This document shows positions 18,078 to 25,381 of a stretch of DNA of 37,219 nt, in pieces. The DNA is from a virus (Duplodnaviria; Caudoviricetes): positions 1-37,219 of the IMG/VR virus record IMGVR_UViG_3300027808_000075; one strand, written 5' to 3'. The position numbers and the translations under genes were made by a program. The notes under the pieces were generated by a model. That model saw nothing but the letters and a program-made list of their open reading frames with translations, searched no databases and was not told where the DNA came from. Numbering within the stretch: the stretch's first letter is position 1; each line of letters starts with the position of its first letter.

Positions 18078-20309
18078 TTAACTGAGTTTTGTTGCGATGA
18101 TGTATGCTCTTTTTCTGGTAAGCGAAGCTGTGGCATCTGTTGTGGCTTGAGAATATTCGATAGAAAGTTCTGTTCCAGCAGTGATAATTTCAACAATGCC
18201 TGTTACGCGTCTACTGAATGTGACTCCAGAACCAGCAGACTTTGGTGATGCGGTGAAAGTATCGCTCGCAATGGGGTTACTTACATGAGCCGTATTGTCG
18301 TTACCATAATTTTCGTACGCAGTGATTCTAATGTTGTGACTTGATCTCAGCCCAATAGTGCATAACGCAACAGTGCCGTGGACGGATGCAACAAGAGAGT
18401 CAATCTGATATACTCCAATAGGCAGGACCACAGAGGCTACTTTTATTGGCGTAGTATCAGTGGAAGAAACTTGCGGGATTGAAACACCATTGTATAACGC
18501 ACCATACCTTGAATCCCCATCACCTTTCGTGATCAGACTGCTTGCGGGTGCTGCTGCAAACGTAGCAGTGGTTGCCGAACTGGTTGGGCGGGTGGTGGAG
18601 TTGAATATCTGCGCTCCTGTGAACGTCTGTGTGCCGCTTGATGGGTTGGTCAGCGCGACCGTGCCGGATGCGTTTGGAAACGCAATGGAGCGGTTGGCAG
18701 TGGGGCTGTGGGAGAGCGTGGTGGTGTTGCTGCCGTTGAAGAGGTTGAAGGTCGCGCGTGTCTGGATGTAGGCGTCGCTTCCGGTTGTGGAGATGTGCGC
18801 CAGATATCCGTTTGTGTAGATAGTAGAGGTGCTACCTGTGGTGTAAATGGGTGCGCCATCTCCGGCTGTATAAATAGTGGCACTAGTTCCATTTGTGAAG
18901 ATATGTCCATCCTGACCGTTTGTATGAATGGTCGCATCATAACCGTTTGTGTAGATGGTGGCATTATCTCCATGTGTGTAGATGTGGGCGTTAATTCCAT
19001 TTGTATGAAAGCTGGCGTAGACTCCGTTTGTGGAGATGCTGCCATTGTCTCCGTCTGTGTAGATGCGGGCGAATTCTCCGCTTGTGGAGATGGTGGCGTT
19101 TGCTCCGCTTGTGGTTATGTTAGCGTCGCTTCCGAGTGTGTAGATGTGGGCGTTGTCTCCTTCTGTGTAGATGTGGGCGTTGGCTCCGTAAGTGTAGATG
19201 TGGGCGTTGGCTCCCTGTGTGGAGATCTCGGCGTTGATTCCGACTGTGAAGATAGAAGCGGTTTCTCCGCCTGTGCTGATGTAGGCGTTTGCTCCGCTTG
19301 TGGCTATGCTAGCGTTGTCTCCTGCTGTGGAGATGGCGGCGTAGGTTCCTGCTGTGTAGATGCTGCCGTAGGCTCCGCTTGTGGAGATGCTGGCGTTGTC
19401 TCCTTCTGTGGAGATGGTTGCGTTTGATCCGCTTGTAAAGATATTTGCGTTGCTCCCGCTTGTGGAGATTCCGGCACGGACTCCGGTTGTGGTGATGCTG
19501 GCGTCGGTTCCGCTTGTGGAGATGGTGGAGTTGGCAATGATAGCTTCAAATGCAACACCGCCCTCCGCGTTGAACTCAACCAGCTTGCCAGCATCCGCTG
19601 CTCCGTTGCCTCCGGTGCTGGACTGAGTAGCTTGCTCTACCCAAACGGCAGCATCCGCTGAACCGTCAGTACAAGCATAGGCGGTGCTATCGTCTAAGAC
19701 CCAAAGCGATCCAACAACAAATCCTTTTGTGCTGTCGTCAAAAGCCGTTGGTGCAATGTTCCGGCAACGGTCAACGCGGCGAATGGTAAAGCCGTCCTGC
19801 TCCATTGTGTATAGGCGACCCGCATCCCACTTGAGTTCGTAGTCAACCGAACACTTGAGCGCAATGCCGCCGTTGCCGCCTAAGCCAGCGTCCGTCGTGC
19901 CCTTCTTGAGCTTGGAGCCGTTGTCGAAGGTGAGCGAGTCACCTGAAAGGTGCGCCGAATTGGTCGTGATCGTTTCAGCGTGGAAGCCATTAGGCTCGAC
20001 ATACGCGTATAAGCCAGTGTTTACGCCGTCTTCTTTTTGCTGAACTCCGAAACCCCAGCCGCCGACCTCTGAGTCTGTGCTGAAATCGTTGATATCAGGA
20101 GTTACATCGAGCGTGATAATGGCATCAGTATCCATTGCGCCGCCAGCGAGTGGTAATAAGCTATCACCATCTCCCACTGGTCCTTCCGGTCCGGCTGGTC
20201 CAGTTGGTCCAGTTGGTCCGGCTGGTCCGGCTGGTCCAGTTGGTCCGCTCAACGAAAGCGTCAAAGTACTGCCGTTAACTACACTGAGATTGTATTCTGA
20301 ATTAGCCAT
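18078..20309 (-). CDS. Tail fibre/spike with a collagen-like stretch and 11-aa repeats
   Basis: (GPx)8 near the N-terminus, PT..DD...G..VGS.W module, and more than 20 copies of A.I.T.G.NA. Confidence 0.8.
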   Translation of the reverse strand: MANSEYNLSVVNGSTLTLSLSGPTGPAGPAGPTGPTGPAGPEGPVGDGDSLLPLAGGAMDTDAIITLDVTPDINDFSTDSEVGGWGFGVQQKEDGVNTGLYAYVEPNGFHAETITTNSAHLSGDSLTFDNGSKLKKGTTDAGLGGNGGIALKCSVDYELKWDAGRLYTMEQDGFTIRRVDRCRNIAPTAFDDSTKGFVVGSLWVLDDSTAYACTDGSADAAVWVEQATQSSTGGNGAADAGKLVEFNAEGGVAFEAIIANSTISTSGTDASITTTGVRAGISTSGSNANIFTSGSNATISTEGDNASISTSGAYGSIYTAGTYAAISTAGDNASIATSGANAYISTGGETASIFTVGINAEISTQGANAHIYTYGANAHIYTEGDNAHIYTLGSDANITTSGANATISTSGEFARIYTDGDNGSISTNGVYASFHTNGINAHIYTHGDNATIYTNGYDATIHTNGQDGHIFTNGTSATIYTAGDGAPIYTTGSTSTIYTNGYLAHISTTGSDAYIQTRATFNLFNGSNTTTLSHSPTANRSIAFPNASGTVALTNPSSGTQTFTGAQIFNSTTRPTSSATTATFAAAPASSLITKGDGDSRYGALYNGVSIPQVSSTDTTPIKVASVVLPIGVYQIDSLVASVHGTVALCTIGLRSSHNIRITAYENYGNDNTAHVSNPIASDTFTASPKSAGSGVTFSRRVTGIVEIITAGTELSIEYSQATTDATASLTRKRAYIIATKLS
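18780..19530. repeat. 33-bp degenerate coding tandem repeat (~23 units)
   Basis: Recurring GTGGAGATG/GTGTAGATG...GCGTTG.CTCC every 33 nt, encoding A-x-I-x-T-x-G-x-x. Confidence 0.85.
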
Positions 20310-20654
20310 TTAAGTTAAGTGCGTGATATTGGCTGCTACGGTAACGTCTCCGTAAAGCAACTTGTGCGTGACATCCGCCGCGTCGAACCAGAAGAAGTCC
20401 CACTTATACCGTTTGTTTACATCCAGCGCGAGAGTTTGCGTGTCTGTCAAAACGAACTTCAGAGTGCCGTCACCCAAAGAAGTGATGGTGAAAGCCGCAG
20501 CCAGAGGCTTGCGGTCAGCTTCACGGATCTCTGCTTTGCCATATACCGGATTGGTGCCTAAGTCAGCAGGCTCATCCAACGAGTCCAGAATACGCAAGGT
20601 GAAGTTATAGTCTTCACCTCTTGGGATTACGAGATCGTGTTTGGCAGCAGACAT
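20310..20654 (-). CDS. Fibre adaptor / baseplate-like small protein (paralog of 17343..17690)
   Basis: HDLVI.RGEDYNF.L.I...QT..L....YKWDFF...KLLYG. Confidence 0.7.
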   Translation of the reverse strand: MSAAKHDLVIPRGEDYNFTLRILDSLDEPADLGTNPVYGKAEIREADRKPLAAAFTITSLGDGTLKFVLTDTQTLALDVNKRYKWDFFWFDAADVTHKLLYGDVTVAANITHLT

Positions 20655-20664
20655 TACGTCGGAT

Positions 20665-20693
20665 AAGGTATCCCGTTACAAACGAAATGTCAA
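20665..20693 (-). promoter_or_regulatory. Sigma70-type promoter, near-leaderless
   Basis: TTGACA-17 bp-TACCTT-10 nt-ATG(20654). Confidence 0.7.
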
Positions 20694-20699
20694 CTAAGA

Positions 20700-21266
20700 T
20701 TATTGTGCAACTAGCCAATTAACAAGGCCATTGGCATAAGCGCGGGCCAGTTCCTCACGATGAGCGGAGAAGAAGGCGGTGTCCTTTGCGTTGCTCCCGA
20801 AGAACGGCTCGCAAATGAGTGCGGGACAGTGGCTCTTACGCAGGAATAAACCGCCTCGGTCGGCAGCGTTGATTGATTTAAGTCCCCTATTTCTCTGTTC
20901 GGGAAAGGCTTTTGCAAAGCTTGTGCTTACTTTGCTGGCTAGGGTCAACCCTCTAGGGCTACAGAACCAGTGCAGGAACTCATAGCCTGTTGCCATCGGG
21001 CCCGCAGAATTGAAGTGCAGTTCGATAGCGGCATCGACTTTGAGTTCTTTCAGCCTTTTAGCGAGCCAGAGCATTGCGGAACTGTAGCTCTGGCCTTCGT
21101 AGCGATCCACAAGAACGGTCAAGTGACCCGATTCTTGGATCAGTTCGCAGACGCGCTGAGCAAGAGGCTGGTTAAAAGCCCACTCAGAAACGCCCTCGCT
21201 GTTCACTGCGCCTTTATCTCCGGCGCGGCTATGACCGACGCAAATAGCTACTAGTTTTTTTGTCAC
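20700..21266 (-). CDS. Endolysin, N-acetylmuramoyl-L-alanine amidase (Amidase_3)
   Basis: Zn-binding/catalytic motifs VGH...GA...SE, IELHFN and PALICEPFF. Confidence 0.9.
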   Translation of the reverse strand: MTKKLVAICVGHSRAGDKGAVNSEGVSEWAFNQPLAQRVCELIQESGHLTVLVDRYEGQSYSSAMLWLAKRLKELKVDAAIELHFNSAGPMATGYEFLHWFCSPRGLTLASKVSTSFAKAFPEQRNRGLKSINAADRGGLFLRKSHCPALICEPFFGSNAKDTAFFSAHREELARAYANGLVNWLVAQ

Positions 21267-21496
21267 CAGTTGTGGTTCTTGTTGCCAATGATTACGGCCC
21301 GCTCATAGCTGTACTGGCTATGGAACTTCTGGCCGCGCCCCTCTAGATCGCCCTCAACGAATTGGTAACGAACGGACGGCTTAAGCGTCACGGTCACCGG
21401 ATCGTAGAGTGCGCTTTCGTTGGAGCCTTTGTGAGAGTCGTTCCAACCGCAGCTTGCTAGAGCCATCCCCAATAGAAGCGAGCCGATCCAGTTCAT
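21263..21496 (-). CDS. Outer-membrane spanin (Rz1-like lipoprotein)
   Basis: MNWIGSLLLGMALAS-C lipobox. Starts inside the preceding gene in another frame. Confidence 0.65.
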   Translation of the reverse strand: MNWIGSLLLGMALASCGWNDSHKGSNESALYDPVTVTLKPSVRYQFVEGDLEGRGQKFHSQYSYERAVIIGNKNHNW

Positions 21497-21599
21497 CTTC
21501 AATTGCATCCAGTTCTGTCTCGCGTTGCCAAGATACCCACTGTGAGTATGCATTGCACGCTGCGACAAAAGCGGTGAGCGATGCAAGGAGGGCATTCAC
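21381..21599 (-). CDS. Inner-membrane spanin (Rz-like)
   Basis: N-terminal hydrophobic helix then a coiled coil. Overlaps the lipoprotein gene and follows the holin. Confidence 0.6.
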   Translation of the reverse strand: MNALLASLTAFVAACNAYSQWVSWQRETELDAIEDELDRLASIGDGSSKLRLERLSQRLQRKRTLRSGDRDA

Positions 21600-21755
21600 T
21601 TACTTGGTTGAGTCTGCGGCTTTGATGAGTCCGATTCCGGCGGTCACGCCAGTAATCAGAACGCCAATATCGAAGGAGCCGCTCTTCAAAAAAGAAATAG
21701 CAGCAAAACAAATAGCGGATACGATAGTCAGGGAACCGAGGATAGTAGTCTTCAT
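21600..21755 (-). CDS. Holin (2 TM, 51 aa), not in ORF track
   Basis: Manual translation MKTTILGSLTIVSAICFAAISFLKSGSFDIGVLITGVTAGIGLIKAADSTK*. Confidence 0.75.
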   Translation of the reverse strand: MKTTILGSLTIVSAICFAAISFLKSGSFDIGVLITGVTAGIGLIKAADSTK

Positions 21756-21762
21756 GGGCACA

Positions 21763-21791
21763 AGACTACACCTTTACGACCCTTTGGTCAA
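21763..21791 (-). promoter_or_regulatory. Sigma70-type promoter for the lysis cassette, leaderless
   Basis: TTGACC-17 bp-TAGTCT-7 nt-ATG(21755). Confidence 0.7.
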
Positions 21792-21798
21792 GCGGTTT

Positions 21799-22119
21799 TT
21801 ATCGACGCTTCATCGAACGCTCGATTGCGACCATAAAGGAATTACCTTTAGGGGTGTCTTCCTCTTCTTCCTGTCCGTGCATCTCGCACTTGCCTTTGCC
21901 GCCGCACTTGTCGCACTTACCCTCACCACCCTCATACTCCTCGTCTTCACCCTCTTCCTCGCCCTCATGTTCGGGCATGGCGACGGGCTGTCCACCCAAC
22001 TCCAGTGGCATGAGCTTACCACCCATGACGACAAACATACCACTCAATTTGAACGGTTTAGTGTTGCCGTCTTGTGGTACTTCAAGACCTTCAGGGATTG
22101 GGATGTGCATTGATTTCAT
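21799..22119 (-). CDS. Small acidic protein with a CxxCxGxGxC knuckle (paralog of 22279..22542)
   Basis: IPIPEGLEVP N-terminus, Glu-rich linker, CDKCGGKGKC and C-terminal SFMVAIERSM. Confidence 0.75.
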   Translation of the reverse strand: MKSMHIPIPEGLEVPQDGNTKPFKLSGMFVVMGGKLMPLELGGQPVAMPEHEGEEEGEDEEYEGGEGKCDKCGGKGKCEMHGQEEEEDTPKGNSFMVAIERSMKRR

Positions 22120-22277
22120 TTTCTAAGGACGTTAAACAAAGAGATCAGTCCGACAAGCAATCCAACAAATAAAGAAGCGGTGCGTAGGTGGGCATCAAGT
22201 TGATCTTGAAAAGAAACAATGACCCCCAAAGCGGGGGCCACTGATCCGGTCACGGCGTTAAAGCTACGCTCGAACAT
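22116..22277 (-). CDS. Small membrane protein, holin/antiholin-like (53 aa), not in ORF track
   Basis: MFERSFNAVTGSVAPALGVIVSFQDQLDAHLRTASLFVGLLVGLISLFNVLRK*. ATGA overlap with 22119. Confidence 0.65.
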   Translation of the reverse strand: MFERSFNAVTGSVAPALGVIVSFQDQLDAHLRTASLFVGLLVGLISLFNVLRK

Positions 22278-22278
22278 C

Positions 22279-22542
22279 TTACATTTTTGGCTTCTTCATT
22301 GCCATCTCCACTGCGCTAGCAAAGGAGTTCGGCCCTTCGGGCATTTCCTCTTCAGGCATTTCCTCTTCAGGCATTTCCTCTTCAGGCATTTCCTCTTCAG
22401 GTGCCTCAATATCAGGAAAGGCAATGCCACCAACCGCAAGCGGGTAAAGCTGCCCGCCATCAACGGCATACGTAGTGACAAGATCGAAGGTCTCGCCTTC
22501 AGGGATCTCAAGTCCTTCGGGAATAGGTAGGTAAGCAGGCAT
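22279..22542 (-). CDS. Small acidic protein with EEEMP repeats
   Basis: LPIPEGLEIP N-terminus, 15-bp repeat x4 (~22340-22400) and C-terminal SFASAVEMAM. Confidence 0.75.
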   Translation of the reverse strand: MPAYLPIPEGLEIPEGETFDLVTTYAVDGGQLYPLAVGGIAFPDIEAPEEEMPEEEMPEEEMPEEEMPEGPNSFASAVEMAMKKPKM

Positions 22543-22544
22543 AA

Positions 22545-22724
22545 TTACGGTGTTGTTGGTTCTACGGTACTCTGTTTAAAAGCTTCCCACTGCAAAGGAT
22601 TAGGTGGGGAGGGGGGTGGGAGCGACATCAACGGCGGGAGTGGTGGGAGCGGTGGCAGCACCATAGACGAAATATCTGGCAGCGGGGGGAGCGGCGGAAG
22701 TGGTGGTAGCGTAGGGATATCCAT
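22545..22724 (-). CDS. Pro/Leu-rich microprotein (59 aa), not in ORF track
   Basis: MDIPTLPPLPPLPPLPDISSMVLPPLPPLPPLMSLPPPSPPNPLQWEAFKQSTVEPTTP*. Flanked on both sides by TAA-TT-ATG junctions. Confidence 0.65.
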   Translation of the reverse strand: MDIPTLPPLPPLPPLPDISSMVLPPLPPLPPLMSLPPPSPPNPLQWEAFKQSTVEPTTP

Positions 22725-22726
22725 AA

Positions 22727-23485
22727 TTACTTTTTCGTTGTGCGATAAATCTTAAGCGCAAATTGGTTTGGGGTCAAGGCTTCCGATCCTTCTTGGCCCA
22801 TAAGGGAAGTAATTGATGCCATCTTCTTCTTATCCGCACTGGATTTAGGATCAAAGGTAGAGCCGTGAGTCTTCGCAAAGAGCATAGCTGCACGATCCGC
22901 ATCTACTGCGGGTGCGGGTGTCTCGCCCAACCTAGGAGAGGGCGCACCAGTAACAGGACTGACACGCATATCAATAGGACCGCCTTGGGTAAGGTCTGGA
23001 GATGGTTGTTTTGCTGTGTCTAAAAACGGACGAGCGGGAGCTTCGCCCAACCTAGGAGAGGGCGCACCAGTAACAGGACTGACACGCATATCAATAGGAC
23101 CGCCTTGGGTAAGGTCTGGAGATGGTTGTTTTGCTGTGTCTAAAAACGGACGAGCGGGAGCTTCGCCCAACCTAGGAGAGGGCGCACCAGTAACAGGACT
23201 GACACGCATATCAATAGGACCGCCTTGGGTAAGGTCTGGTTGCATCCGCTGATTCACAGCGTCCATAAAGGTTGGCTCAACTGCTGGCGACCCCTTAGGA
23301 GAAGCAGAAGCAGAACTAATATCAGACAAGAGCTTCTTGTTTTTGGTAATGTCTTTGACAACCATCTCCGCATCAGGAGCACCCGTTTCTGGGTTGACAT
23401 TAGGGTTCTTACTAAGAAGAGCCATTAGCTCTTCTCTGCTACGTGTAGGAGAGGCAGACGGTTTTTCTACTCTAAGTTCAGCCAT
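22727..23485 (-). CDS. Probable internal/minor head protein with 40-aa tandem repeats
   Basis: PDLTQGGPIDMRVSPVTGAPSPRLGE three times. Downstream of the capsid gene. Confidence 0.7.
   Translation of the reverse strand: MAELRVEKPSASPTRSREELMALLSKNPNVNPETGAPDAEMVVKDITKNKKLLSDISSASASPKGSPAVEPTFMDAVNQRMQPDLTQGGPIDMRVSPVTGAPSPRLGEAPARPFLDTAKQPSPDLTQGGPIDMRVSPVTGAPSPRLGEAPARPFLDTAKQPSPDLTQGGPIDMRVSPVTGAPSPRLGETPAPAVDADRAAMLFAKTHGSTFDPKSSADKKKMASITSLMGQEGSEALTPNQFALKIYRTTKK
22924..23239. repeat. 120-bp perfect tandem repeat (~2.6 copies)
   Basis: Lines 22981-23100 and 23101-23220 are identical. Confidence 0.95.
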
Positions 23486-23584
23486 AAGTCAAGTGAGGAA
23501 AAGGGGTTCCTGCACCCTGTTTCAAGATGCCTGCTGTAAAGATACATGAGGCAAGAGTCGAGAAACAGGATACAGGATGGGGGG

Positions 23585-23773
23585 TTATACGGTGATGCCA
23601 AGAGCGGTGGCAAAACTAGCGACCGTAATCGTTTTCACCTTCTGGGTTGACACATCATACACTTGAATAAGATCAAGCTCGTCGAGAGTGGTGGTAGTCT
23701 CAGTTGGATTAGCACCTACAAGAGTCGTAGCTGTAAGCTTAGGGATAGTTGGGGCGTCGTCGAGAGTAGGCAT
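23585..23773 (-). CDS. Small head decoration/fibre-like protein
   Basis: 62 aa directly after the MCP. D.I.VYDVS..K.K.IT motif typical of fibre shaft modules. Confidence 0.6.
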   Translation of the reverse strand: MPTLDDAPTIPKLTATTLVGANPTETTTTLDELDLIQVYDVSTQKVKTITVASFATALGITV

Positions 23774-23797
23774 CGTTTTAGTAAGTTAAAGGATGAA

Positions 23798-23831
23798 GCT
23801 AAGGGGTTCCCTTTTACAGGAACCCCTTAGC
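23798..23831 (-). terminator. Stem-loop terminator after the major capsid gene
   Basis: GCTAAGGGGTTCC-8 nt-GGAACCCCTTAGC is a perfect 13-bp stem 9 nt past the stop codon. Confidence 0.75.
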
Positions 23832-23840
23832 GTTTAGGGT

Positions 23841-25127
23841 TTAGGCAGCAGGAGTGGTGCTGGTCCGCTTGAAGAGGAACACATAACCAAACTCGGTTTT
23901 GATCGGCTTCGTAGCGGAGGCGAGAACGCCACGGAAGAAACCAATCGTGCCATCTGGGTTGAGGTCAACCGAAGGAATGTTCTTCCAGTTGAACTTACCG
24001 CGATAGTTGACGGGATCGAAGGTCAGACCATTGGAACCGCTGATTGGCTCAGGGATCTGGCTTTCCATGACATCCATGTGGAGCACGTAAGCGGCTTCGT
24101 AGGTTGCGGTTTCGTACGAGGCATTAAGGGTGATAACACCAGCAGTAGCCGTATATGGTTGGACACGGGTGAGAGTGCCGTCGCCGTCGTCATCCGAGTG
24201 AGTGAAGCGAGGAGCAAGATCGTCGATCAAGTGGTAGAAACCACGGAAGGACTTCTCGATTCCCAATGGCGCAATCAGATCGCTGACCTTTGCATTGTTG
24301 TAGCGAACGTCGTCGCGGAATCCGGCTTCGGTTTGCAGCGCGTAGGATGCTTCCGACGAGCAGACAAGGGCGAAGACAGGACGAGCGTTTTCACGACCGT
24401 AGGCATTCGTGCCTGCGCCAGCGCGGACCAACTTGAAGTAGGCACTATCAAGAACCTTGTTACTGATGTTGGCGGTAGGGGCGACGACAGTGGAACCAGC
24501 GGTGGCGGTATTGCTGTAAGCGGTCGAGGTGGTCGAAGCGGATGCAAGACACACAACAAGATTGCCTGCAACCTTGTCATATTGATCGCGATAACGCTCT
24601 TCCCACGAATACTTCGTGGACTCCGTCATGGCATCCATGATGGCGCGAAGCTGTTCGGTGCGATAAGCAGCGAAGCGGAGATCCTCAACGTTGATCTTAG
24701 GCGACTCAACAGTGGCGCGTTCCAGCGAGTACTGTTTGAGTTGGCGACCGAAGGCAAGGAAGCTCTTACCAGTTCCAGCACCAATGTTGGTGTCTGGTGC
24801 TCCGACAAGGATCTGGTCAAGGGTGCTACCAGTAGCGAGGGTATCTTGTGGGTTTGTGCCAACACCAGTCCAGATCGAACTTCCGGCAAGCGTAGAGCCG
24901 TTAGCCTCAGTGGTCGGAAGCGCACGATCATAGATCAGCGTGCCGAGGGTGTAGCCCATTCCGTCAGGGAAGGAGGTTTGCTTGATGAGGTCCATCCACG
25001 GGGAGGTGTGGAGGGTACGACGGTAGATGTCTTGACCGATACGGTTAGCCTCTTGAGTGAGGATGGTATCGATTGCGGTGGTCGAATTGGTTGGATTCGA
25101 GAAAGTTTGTAGACCGTTTGAAGCCAT
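23841..25127 (-). CDS. Major capsid protein
   Basis: 428 aa, portal-scaffold-capsid order, long leader and downstream terminator. Sequence features (F.DGMG, S..I...DL, G..GF..G) consistent with HK97-fold capsids. Confidence 0.8.
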   Translation of the reverse strand: MASNGLQTFSNPTNSTTAIDTILTQEANRIGQDIYRRTLHTSPWMDLIKQTSFPDGMGYTLGTLIYDRALPTTEANGSTLAGSSIWTGVGTNPQDTLATGSTLDQILVGAPDTNIGAGTGKSFLAFGRQLKQYSLERATVESPKINVEDLRFAAYRTEQLRAIMDAMTESTKYSWEERYRDQYDKVAGNLVVCLASASTTSTAYSNTATAGSTVVAPTANISNKVLDSAYFKLVRAGAGTNAYGRENARPVFALVCSSEASYALQTEAGFRDDVRYNNAKVSDLIAPLGIEKSFRGFYHLIDDLAPRFTHSDDDGDGTLTRVQPYTATAGVITLNASYETATYEAAYVLHMDVMESQIPEPISGSNGLTFDPVNYRGKFNWKNIPSVDLNPDGTIGFFRGVLASATKPIKTEFGYVFLFKRTSTTPAA

Positions 25128-25381
25128 AATAGTAGGTAGTTAAGAAGTTAAAAGGGGTTGTTGAATTAGAAAGAATACACGGTTGTCGCTGAAGCAGGCG
25201 ACAGGCGCATAGGCCCAAGCTTCAAATAACCCTTATATCTACTCAACTACTAGAACCAAATTCTCTCTTGCGAGACGGTATGGAGCAAACCAATAGTGTT
25301 GTAAAGTTTCAGGTCGAAGGAAGCTTCGTATAAAACTGATTACTTGTCAACTCAAATTTTATACGAAGCCATAACTTTTAT

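Noticed and set aside
15307-20309. Diversity-generating retroelement acting on the fibres
   Set aside because: No reverse transcriptase in the window. The internal duplication (period 408 bp) is in-frame coding and its differences are not adenine-specific.
21263-21595. 110-aa ORF start at 21595
   Set aside because: The signal peptide and lipobox begin at the internal Met (21496). The longer start overlaps the i-spanin start and lacks support.
22195-22209. TCAAG-N5-CTTGA as an eighth palindrome copy
   Set aside because: Only the 5-bp cores match. It is inside a late gene and likely chance.
23508-23577. Hammerhead ribozyme (GAAAC/GUUUC present)
   Set aside because: The CUGANGA core is absent.
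24078-25112. Long antisense ORFs (344 aa here; also 28076-28843, 18708-19427, 16526-17188, 21409-22113)
   Set aside because: They are shadows of well-supported minus-strand genes with biased codon usage or repeats, with no motifs or initiation signals.
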